The notes under the pieces are model-generated. The model was not told the origin of the DNA. It saw only the letters and a list, made by a program, of their open reading frames with translations, and searched no databases. This document shows positions 1 to 6,359 of a DNA stretch of 11,326 nucleotides, piece after piece. Source of the stretch: Candidatus Cryosericum sp. (GTDB lineage: Bacteria > Caldisericota > Caldisericia > Cryosericales > Cryosericaceae); NCBI GenBank assembly GCA_049699855.1, contig JBNAWM010000048.1, forward strand, positions 1 to 11,326, given 5' to 3'. Position 1 is the stretch's first letter. Each line of letters opens with the position of its first letter. Position numbers and translations under genes: made by a program.

Positions 1-218
1 AGCTGGAGCATGTGAGGTTGATAAGTATCAGTGAGAGACAACCAAGAGAAGAGGGTACAAAAGTGTTTGTAGTGGTGTTCGACATCAAATTCAAGAACGG
101 CTCTGGTGGTGGTTTAGGACTAATTGATGGCAAGTACACTTGGGGCTATCTGCTCAGAAGAAACAATGAAACGTCACCGTGGTTGATCTATGATTGGGGT
201 GGCGGAGGATATGAATAA
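1..218 (+). CDS. 3' part of a probable DUF4829-like protein (5' end lies outside the window)
   Basis: The frame is open from position 3 (LEHVRLISIS...) to TAA at 216-218. The C-terminal pattern VVFDIKF...GKYTWGYLLRR.NETSPWLIYDWG resembles DUF4829 proteins. GC is about 45%, lower than the rest of the window. Confidence 0.6.
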   Translation, partial: LEHVRLISISERQPREEGTKVFVVVFDIKFKNGSGGGLGLIDGKYTWGYLLRRNNETSPWLIYDWGGGGYE

Positions 219-225
219 GGGACCG

Positions 226-380
226 TTACAACTCTGTACTGATACGGCGCGCTGACGGCGCTCGCTGCCGGGCTGCAGCCTCTTGGCGGTGGATGGGCTC
301 GAGATGGCGTTTTTTCAGGGCAATGTTTCGAGGCTCAGGAGGAGGACGGCAGCTGTTAGTGCTGGAACTAGGCGTTGCAT
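226..380. mobile_element. attC-like long imperfect palindrome (candidate integron cassette recombination site)
   Basis: Bounded by TTACAAC (226-232) and GTTGCAT (374-380). Nested arms: GCGCTGACGG/CTGTTAGTGC, GCTGCCG/CGGCAGC and CTCGAGATG/TGTTTCGAG. It starts 7 nt after the stop of a lower-GC gene. L-box pairing is degenerate and no integrase is in the window. Confidence 0.4.
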
Positions 381-385
381 CATAT

Positions 386-431
386 CGTTGCTATTGGTCA
401 TTACAGAGCGTTGCTATTGGTCATTACAGAG
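386..431. repeat. Perfect 23-bp tandem duplication CGTTGCTATTGGTCATTACAGAG x2
   Basis: Identical copies at 386-408 and 409-431 with no spacer. Confidence 0.97.
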
Positions 432-581
432 ACACCGGCGTAGTCGTCGGGGAGCAATAGGATGGCCGAAGTCAGGCCGTCACTGGCTCCTGTGTGGTGC
501 GGTATCCACTGTCCCTGTTCACTCATCCTGTCAACCCCTGTCATAGTGTCGGTACATGATATCACAAGTGAGCGCGGGTGT

Positions 582-616
582 GCAAAACACCCCTGCCCGG
601 AGTGTCACCGGGCAGG
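582..616 (-). terminator. Probable intrinsic terminator of the DUF2892 gene
   Basis: Perfect 9-bp stem CCTGCCCGG (592-600)/CCGGGCAGG (608-616), followed on the minus strand by GGTGTTTTG. It lies about 30 nt downstream of the stop codon. Confidence 0.65.
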
Positions 617-648
617 AGCCATTGTCGCATTTGGAAAGCGGAGACAGC

Positions 649-846
649 CTATTTCTTGGTACTGAAATGGAACAGCGCGTACAGGGCGCAGAAGCCGGTG
701 AACCCAGTGAAGAGAGCGATAACGCCCAGAATGTCCAAAATCACTCTGAGGGTCATGCTGCCGTGCGTGAACAGACCCAGCGCCAGAAGAACAATTCCCG
801 CGATGACTCTAATGATACGATCATTCATGCTTTCATTCTGCTTCAT
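649..846 (-). CDS. DUF2892 (YgaP-like transmembrane domain) small membrane protein, 65 aa
   Basis: MKQNESMNDRIIRV...two hydrophobic segments...TGFCALYALFHFST matches the N.g..DR.iR ... GfCplY..lgiST family pattern. RBS-like AGGGGG lies upstream. Confidence 0.9.
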   Translation of the reverse strand: MKQNESMNDRIIRVIAGIVLLALGLFTHGSMTLRVILDILGVIALFTGFTGFCALYALFHFSTKK

Positions 847-882
847 GGTACCCCCTGTGTAATAATGTTTGATAACATAACT

Positions 883-911
883 ACAATATAGAGTATTTTT
901 GTTTTTTGCAA
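883..911 (-). promoter_or_regulatory. Candidate sigma70-type promoter of the DUF2892 gene
   Basis: Minus strand TTGCAA (911-906), then TATATT (890-885, 15-nt spacer) or TATTGT (888-883, 17-nt spacer), within an AT-rich patch. Confidence 0.45.
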
Positions 912-939
912 GAGGAGTGTGTTCGTGATTGTGAAATGC

Positions 940-965
940 AAGACCCCTGTGTCAGCAGGGGTCTT
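940..965. terminator. Hairpin downstream of the ABC ATPase gene, probable terminator
   Basis: Perfect 10-bp stem AAGACCCCTG/CAGGGGTCTT with a 6-nt loop. The U-tract is weak on the minus strand. Confidence 0.6.
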
Positions 966-1002
966 TGATTCTTGTGAGAGGAACTGCCTGGGCAGCCAAG
1001 CG

Positions 1003-2100
1003 CTAGAAGATTGCTTCTCCAGAATCAGTATGGAACAGGTGTGTACGTGCAATATTGACCACCAGTTTGACCGTGTCGCCCTGGGTGTACTCAAAGGCAC
1101 TGCTGGCCCGGACGACGACGGTGGCGCCGGCCAGATTCGTGTGGATGAAGGTCTCGCTGCCCATCATCTCAATGAAAGAGATCGTAGCATCAAATTTGGC
1201 TGCGACCTCTGGCATGTTGGACTGGCCTTCCACCAGCAGGTCCTCAGGGCGGACTCCCCACATGTAGCTGCCAGGTGTTACGGACTTGGCGGCCGACTGC
1301 TGATTTTCAGCCAGTTGAATCCGCTGTCCCTCCACCTCGAGCGCTGGTGTCGGACTCAGCGCAAGGGTGACCGGAATGAAGTTGGAGGGGGGTGTGCCAA
1401 CAAAACCCGCGACAAACTTGTTGGTTGGGTTGTCATAGACCTGGCGTGGCTTGCCGACCTGGCGCAGGAAGCCATTTTCCATGACGGCGACGCGTGACCC
1501 CAGCGTCATTGCCTCCACCTGGTCATGCGTTACGTAAATGGTGGTAACGCCAAGTTTCTGGTGAAGCTTGATCAGCTCTTCGCGGGTCTGAACTCGCAGC
1601 TTGGCGTCCAAGTTGGAAAGCGGCTCATCCATGAGAAATACCTTTGGCTTGCGCACAATGGCGCGCGCAAGTGCCACTCTCTGGCGTTGTCCGCCGGACA
1701 GCTCCTTGGGGACGCGCTTGAGGTAGTCCTGCAGACCCAGCATCTGCGCCACGTCGGCAATGCGGTCCTCGATCTCCTTGGCCGGAATGTTGTGGAGGCG
1801 GAGGCCAAACGAGATGTTGTCGCGCACGGTCATGTGGGGGTACAGGGCGTAGTTCTGAAAAACCATGGCGATATCGCGTGCGGCGGGAGGGACATCATTG
1901 ACGATGTCGTCACCAATGATGACGTTGCCTTCGTCAGCCAGCTCAAGGCCGGCAATCATGCGCAGCGTGGTTGTCTTCCCGCATCCCGAGGGCCCCAGCA
2001 AAACCAGGAACTCCTTGTCCTCTGCTTCCAGTGATACGCCGTTGACCGCGATGACCTTGCCGAAACGCTTTGTCACATTTTGCAGAATGACCTTCGCCAT
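1003..2100 (-). CDS. msmX: Carbohydrate ABC transporter ATP-binding subunit (MsmX/MalK/UgpC family), 365 aa
   Basis: Walker A GPSGCGKTT, Q-loop MVFQNYALYPHM, signature LSGGQRQR, Walker B FLMDEPLSNLD, H-loop YVTHDQVEAM, and a C-terminal TOBE/OB region (GVRPED). RBS GGAGG. Confidence 0.95.
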   Translation of the reverse strand: MAKVILQNVTKRFGKVIAVNGVSLEAEDKEFLVLLGPSGCGKTTTLRMIAGLELADEGNVIIGDDIVNDVPPAARDIAMVFQNYALYPHMTVRDNISFGLRLHNIPAKEIEDRIADVAQMLGLQDYLKRVPKELSGGQRQRVALARAIVRKPKVFLMDEPLSNLDAKLRVQTREELIKLHQKLGVTTIYVTHDQVEAMTLGSRVAVMENGFLRQVGKPRQVYDNPTNKFVAGFVGTPPSNFIPVTLALSPTPALEVEGQRIQLAENQQSAAKSVTPGSYMWGVRPEDLLVEGQSNMPEVAAKFDATISFIEMMGSETFIHTNLAGATVVVRASSAFEYTQGDTVKLVVNIARTHLFHTDSGEAIF

Positions 2101-2181
2101 TGTTTCCTCCAGTTGCTGATTTGCCTGGATGCCAAGGAGACCATCAAAGAACCTTGAGGGCGGAACCCTGGTATCGGCATC

Positions 2182-2209
2182 AGTTTATTCAACCTTTCAC
2201 AGTTTGCAA
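2182..2209 (-). promoter_or_regulatory. Candidate promoter of the ABC ATPase gene
   Basis: Minus strand TTGCAA-N16-TAAACT. Confidence 0.45.
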
Positions 2210-2288
2210 CGGACCAGCAGCGTGCTTTGGAAAATATGTCGCGAGAGCGCCAGGAGCACGTCGCTCGGGGATGGGCCCAGAGGCTGGT

Positions 2289-2316
2289 TTGCAGGCTTGA
2301 GGAATGGCAGTATAAT
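2289..2316 (+). promoter_or_regulatory. Candidate sigma70 promoter of the nuclease-surE unit
   Basis: TTGCAG-N16-TATAAT (perfect -10 at 2311-2316), about 57 nt upstream of the ATG. Confidence 0.65.
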
Positions 2317-2373
2317 GCACAGTTCAAGACAGGGCAGGCGAAGGGAGTTGGAAGTCGCATCTGTGGAGGAAAC

Positions 2374-3741
2374 ATGTCAGTGAAGTTGACGTTTTACGGT
2401 GCAGTGAACGAAATCGGCGGAAGCAAGACGCTGCTGCAGCACGAAGGCACAAGCATTCTCTTTGACTTTGGCAAGGACTTCTTTGGAGGGACAGATCACT
2501 TCAGCGACCGGCTGAAGCCTGCTGGGTATCTCCCCATCCGTGATTATATCCGGTTTGGCAATCTTCCGCCAGTAACCGGTCTGTATGCGCCACCTCAGGT
2601 GCAGTTCCTTCAGCAGGACTTTGCGACGGCGCTCACAGAGGCCACCGTGGACGGGATTCTGATCAGTCATGGCCACATCGACCACTTTGGGTTCCTTCCG
2701 CTGGTGGACGTCAATGTCCCTCTGTACATGAGTGCTGAGACGCTCGAGGTACTCCGATTCTTCGATGAGACGGGCCAATTTGATCTGCGTATGGACCAGC
2801 GTCCCGTGAAGGTGCTTGAGGATAGACAGGCTGTTCGGGTGGGCAACTGCGAGGTTCTGCCGGTCGGTACTGACCACGACATCCTTGGGATCCTTGGGTT
2901 CATCGTCCGATGTGGCGATACCTCGGTGATCTACACAGGGGACTATCGCTTGCATGGCCGGCATCCTGAGCGGGTGCGTGCCTTCTTTGACCTTGTGCAC
3001 CAGGAGAAACAGCGTGCCAGGACCATCCTGCTGACGGAAGGAACGCGCCTGGGGTTTGGGAATGTTGATGAGTTGCGCGAGGGCGAGATCCAGGAACTTT
3101 CAACCAGGGTGGTCAAGGCTGCCCGCGGCCTTGTGCTGACGAACTACTACGTTCTTGATACGGAGCGCCTCAAGACGTTCCTGCGCGTGGCCCGCGAGAC
3201 GGGCAGGACCATGGTTCTCCAGCCCCAGCACATGCTTCTGGCAGGCAGGCTTGCGCGTTTTGACAGCGAACTCGGTGAACTGCTTGCTGGTGCTGAGGTC
3301 TTTCTCGCCCGGCGCGGAACAGGAAAGTATCTTGCGCCGGACTACCAGCTCTTTGAGCAGGAGTATCTGGTCACCGCCCTGCGTGCTGCAGATATTGCAA
3401 GGGAGCCTTCCCGGTACATGCTGCAACTGGAATTCCCTGACCTGGTCGAGCTGGTGGAGGTCAACCCTGCTCCTCATACGGTGTTCATCCAGTCCGGCGG
3501 AGAGCCCCTGGGACAATATGATCCCAATTTCAACGTTCAGATGAAGTGGGTCAGAGACTTCCGAATGGATTTCTATCGTATTGCCACTCCAGGGCACGCG
3601 AGCGAGCTGGATATCAAGGACATGGTTCTGAAAGCGGACCCGGACGTGCTGGTCCCGATGCACACCAAAAATGGCGAAGCCTTGGATGGCTACATCAAAG
3701 AGACGGTCGCATTGAGGAAAGGTACCACCTACGAGTTCTAG
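2374..3741 (+). CDS. MBL-fold beta-CASP ribonuclease, RNase J-like (short form), 455 aa
   Basis: Motifs GAVNEIGG, LFDFG, SHGHIDH (HxHxDH), DHD, YTGDYR, TEGT, PGHA and VPMH. The start is placed at ATG 2374 behind RBS GGAGGA, not at the ORF-track start 2227. Confidence 0.88.
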   Translation: MSVKLTFYGAVNEIGGSKTLLQHEGTSILFDFGKDFFGGTDHFSDRLKPAGYLPIRDYIRFGNLPPVTGLYAPPQVQFLQQDFATALTEATVDGILISHGHIDHFGFLPLVDVNVPLYMSAETLEVLRFFDETGQFDLRMDQRPVKVLEDRQAVRVGNCEVLPVGTDHDILGILGFIVRCGDTSVIYTGDYRLHGRHPERVRAFFDLVHQEKQRARTILLTEGTRLGFGNVDELREGEIQELSTRVVKAARGLVLTNYYVLDTERLKTFLRVARETGRTMVLQPQHMLLAGRLARFDSELGELLAGAEVFLARRGTGKYLAPDYQLFEQEYLVTALRAADIAREPSRYMLQLEFPDLVELVEVNPAPHTVFIQSGGEPLGQYDPNFNVQMKWVRDFRMDFYRIATPGHASELDIKDMVLKADPDVLVPMHTKNGEALDGYIKETVALRKGTTYEF

Positions 3742-3750
3742 GAGGCAGAT

Positions 3751-4782
3751 ATGAGTGCAACGAGAAAGAAGGCTCGACGTACACGCATCCTGTTGACCAA
3801 TGATGACGGTATCTTCGCGAACGGGATCAACGCCATTGGAGCGGCGCTGTCGGCTGCGTATGACGTAACGGTGGTGGCTCCCGAAGGAAACCAGAGTGGC
3901 TCCAGCCATTCACTGACGCTGGGCGACATTCTGCCGATTCGCGAAGTCGCCATGCCATGCGGCTTGAAGGGATTTTCGCTCCGCGGCACTCCAACCGACT
4001 GCATCCTGGTCGCCTTGCTGGACGTCATGAAGGAGAGCCCTCCGGACATCGTGGTCAGTGGATGCAATCACGGTCCCAACGTGGGAGTGGATGTGCTGTA
4101 CAGCGGAACAGTCAGCGCGGCGCTGGAAGGACTGCGGCAGGGACATCCCTCGATTGCCCTCAGCCTGGACATGGAACACGGTGTCCAGCCGCATCATTTT
4201 GAGACGGCAGCGGCAGTCCTCATGGAGATTCTTGCTGAGCCTGCATTCTATTGCGATTTGGTCAACGTACCCGCCATCCTCAATGTCAATGTTCCCAATG
4301 TGCCGTTGAGCGACATAGAGGGGATCATGATTACCAAACAGGGATTCAGGTCCTATGAGAACTTCGTTGAAAAGCAGTTCAGTCCGCGGGGACGCGCGTA
4401 CTACTGGATCGCCGGCAATTCCGGTCCGCACGATGCCCAGCCGGGCAGTGACGGCTATGCGCTGAGCAACAACTATGTTTCGGTGACGCCCATCAATCTC
4501 GACCTGACCTGTGACGAGTTGCTGAAGCCGCTCGAAGCACGCAAGGATATGGTGAACGACCGGCTGGCTCTGGTCACGGGCAGGCAGGGTACCTTTGGCA
4601 GGCCTGCTGCTGCCGCCAGCGATGTGAAACGAACTGTGAAACCGCAGGCATCGCATTCGGCCCCGAAAAGTCCGTCGAAAGCCGCTGCAGGAAATATGGT
4701 GGTGGAATCATATCACAGTTCCTCTGTGGCGCCTGGCAAGAGCGCAAAGGCTGAGAATTCTGGGAAGAAGCCCAAACACTGA
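3751..4782 (+). CDS. surE: 5'/3'-nucleotidase SurE with basic low-complexity C-terminal extension, 343 aa
   Basis: ILLTNDDG, VAPEGNQSGSSHSLT, GTPTDC, VVSGCNHGPNVG, YSGTVSAALEG and VSVTP. RBS AGGAGG overlaps the upstream stop. Confidence 0.96.
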   Translation: MSATRKKARRTRILLTNDDGIFANGINAIGAALSAAYDVTVVAPEGNQSGSSHSLTLGDILPIREVAMPCGLKGFSLRGTPTDCILVALLDVMKESPPDIVVSGCNHGPNVGVDVLYSGTVSAALEGLRQGHPSIALSLDMEHGVQPHHFETAAAVLMEILAEPAFYCDLVNVPAILNVNVPNVPLSDIEGIMITKQGFRSYENFVEKQFSPRGRAYYWIAGNSGPHDAQPGSDGYALSNNYVSVTPINLDLTCDELLKPLEARKDMVNDRLALVTGRQGTFGRPAAAASDVKRTVKPQASHSAPKSPSKAAAGNMVVESYHSSSVAPGKSAKAENSGKKPKH

Positions 4783-4823
4783 CAAATTGATGCATGGCGG
4801 ACCACGGTCTGCTTGTGAAACGA

Positions 4824-4860
4824 GTGGGGTCGAAGCTCTTGACAAGGGCGGGGACCCCAC
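4824..4860. terminator. Inverted repeat after surE that encloses the next -35 box (terminator and/or operator)
   Basis: GTGGGGTC (4824-4831)/GACCCCAC (4853-4860) with inner GCTCTT/AAGGGC, followed by TATAGTTTCT. Confidence 0.45.
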
Positions 4861-4866
4861 TATAGT
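4839..4866 (+). promoter_or_regulatory. Sigma70-type promoter of the ATP-grasp/racemase/pseudokinase operon
   Basis: TTGACA (4839-4844)-N16-TATAGT (4861-4866). Confidence 0.7.
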
Positions 4867-4871
4867 TTCTG

Positions 4872-5150
4872 CGATGTTCATTTTGCTTCATAGGAGAAGA
4901 CCGCGTGAGCACTGAGACAAGAAGAGCTCGTTCGTACGAAGACTACGAGTCCGAAAGTGAACCACCTCCAGGCCGAAAACGGCATAGATGGCGGTTGTGC
5001 GCGAGGTTTCCACTATCCTGTAGCAATCCTGCAATACTGATTCTCCTTCCCGGGACACCCCAACGGGTCGCGTTGGCCACTCTTCTTGGCGATGGTCGGG
5101 CTGGCTGGTCGTGGGCGCAGCACTAACCATCACGACCCATCCAACAACCA
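4872..5150 (+). ncRNA. Putative structured 5' leader RNA, not assignable to a family I recognise
   Basis: About 290 nt lie between the promoter and the ATG. Nested pairings: AGGAGAA/TTCTCCT, GACC-GCGTG/TGCGC-GGTT, CACT/AGTG, GCTCGT/ACGAGT, GCCG-AAAA-CGGC, GGGTCG/CGACCC and GATGGT/ACCATC. An alternative pairing CAAGAAGAG/CTCTTCTTG is also present. Confidence 0.45.
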
Positions 5151-5162
5151 GGAGAATGTATC

Positions 5163-6212
5163 ATGCGTATCGGCATAACCTATAATCTGTCTTCTGAAGC
5201 AGCTGTTGCAGAAGGAATCCCATCCGACAGGGCGGACGAGTTTGATTCCCTGGAGACGGTTCAGAACATAGAAAGGGGTATCATCGCTGCCGGGCACGAA
5301 CCCGTTCGTCTCGGGTTCGGGCTGGACGCTATTGCCCGACTTCAAGAGCAGCCCGTGGACTTGGTTTTCAATATTGCCGAGGGGTTGTACGGTCATGCGC
5401 GCGAATCGCAGATGCCGGCCATTCTCGACATGATGAGGATTCCCTATACGTTCTCTGACACGCAGACGCTGTCGGTGGCACTGGACAAGACGATGACCAA
5501 GCAAATCCTGCTGCAGAACGGCATCAATACTCCGGCATTCTGGTCCGTGGACAATCCGGTGCAGGTCGAGACACTGATCCAGAATGGCTCACTGAAATAC
5601 CCTCTCTTCGTGAAGCCATCCTGCGAGGGGTCCAGCATGGGGATTGACAACAATTCGCGAGTGACCTGCGATGGAGAACTGCGCAGCCAGGTGAATCTGC
5701 TGGTGGCAGCGTATCCGGGTTCCAGCATCCTGATCGAGGAGTTTCTGCCGGGACGCGAGGTGACGGTTGGCGTCATCGGCAACCGCGAGCCGGAAGTGCT
5801 GGGCATGATGTCGTTCAGATTGCTCAGCGGTACCGAGGGCGACTTCTTCTACACCCCCGAGATTAAACATCATTGGGAGAACTACCTGGTTCCCGAGTGT
5901 CCTGCCGACCTCAGTGCCGAGGAATACCGGAAGGTGCGCGATTTGGCCATCGGTGTCTTCAAGACACTCAGATGTCGCGACTGTGCACGCATTGACATGC
6001 GGTTCGATGCTCACGGCGAGCCTTCGTTCATGGAGATCAACCCACTGGCGGGCTTGACCAAAGGCAAGAGCGACATTCCTGTCATGGCGGAACTGATGGG
6101 GCTTTCGTATGAAGACCTGATCGGGCGCATCATCCAGGTCGCACGCGAACGCGTTGATGCGGAACGGTTTGAGACGTCCATGGTCACGGAGTTCCAGCGG
6201 GAGACGGCCTGA
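5163..6212 (+). CDS. D-Ala-D-Ala-ligase-like ATP-grasp enzyme (non-canonical subfamily), 349 aa
   Basis: DLVFNIAEG, IPYTFS, LDKTMTK, PLFVKPSCEGSSMGI, LIEEFLPGREVTVG, ARIDMR and MEINPLAGL. The Ddl N-terminal GGxSxE motif is absent and the protein instead starts RIGITYNL...EFDS. RBS AGGAG. Confidence 0.88.
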   Translation: MRIGITYNLSSEAAVAEGIPSDRADEFDSLETVQNIERGIIAAGHEPVRLGFGLDAIARLQEQPVDLVFNIAEGLYGHARESQMPAILDMMRIPYTFSDTQTLSVALDKTMTKQILLQNGINTPAFWSVDNPVQVETLIQNGSLKYPLFVKPSCEGSSMGIDNNSRVTCDGELRSQVNLLVAAYPGSSILIEEFLPGREVTVGVIGNREPEVLGMMSFRLLSGTEGDFFYTPEIKHHWENYLVPECPADLSAEEYRKVRDLAIGVFKTLRCRDCARIDMRFDAHGEPSFMEINPLAGLTKGKSDIPVMAELMGLSYEDLIGRIIQVARERVDAERFETSMVTEFQRETA

Positions 6213-6359
6213 CCTGTCCGCTGTTCTTTGGGTGATCGACGCAAGCCGTTATCCGGCGGCGGAAGAGCATGCTCTTTCGAGGACACAGAAGACGGCTACA
6301 CTGACCATGTCGGGATGCCGACGAAGGCAGCTGATCTTTCCAACAGGAGCGTGTGTGCC

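Noticed and set aside
386..431. CRISPR array
   Set aside because: Only two directly abutting copies, with no spacer and no cas genes.
283..665. ORFs 283-546 and 462-665
   Set aside because: No recognisable motifs, and they run through the palindrome, tandem repeat and terminator.
870..897. dif/Xer-like site (minus strand AATACTCTATA-TTGTAG-TTATGTTATCA)
   Set aside because: The XerD-like arm matches the E. coli arm at 8/11, but the XerC arm is poor. The AT-rich DUF2892 promoter explains the sequence.
929..935. Rex operator (TTGTGAA here, also at 4813-4819 and 9126-9132)
   Set aside because: These are half-sites only. None has the TTGTGAA-N4-TTCACAA geometry.
2227..2373. Longer N-terminus for the nuclease (likewise ORF-track starts 6228 and 7504)
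   Set aside because: Family similarity and RBS positions favour 2374, 6360 and 7537. The 2227 extension also overlaps the TATAAT promoter.
3100..4656. Long antisense ORFs (3100-3909, 3910-4656 and similar elsewhere)
   Set aside because: These are shadow ORFs opposite well-supported genes, as expected in high-GC DNA.
4844..4900. FMN riboswitch fragments (AGGGCGGGG..CCCCAC..TATAGT..GGAGAAGA)
   Set aside because: Most core helices and T-loops are absent, the match overlaps promoter boxes, and no flavin genes are downstream.
5163..6212. Canonical ddl or a van-type vancomycin resistance cluster
   Set aside because: The Ddl GGxSxE motif is missing, there are no vanH/X/Y/R genes, and the kinase has no transmembrane segments and looks catalytically dead.
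6236..6250. c-di-GMP-I riboswitch-like GACGCAAGCC
   Set aside because: There is no upstream GCAAAC/GNRA P2 stem and no P3 receptor.
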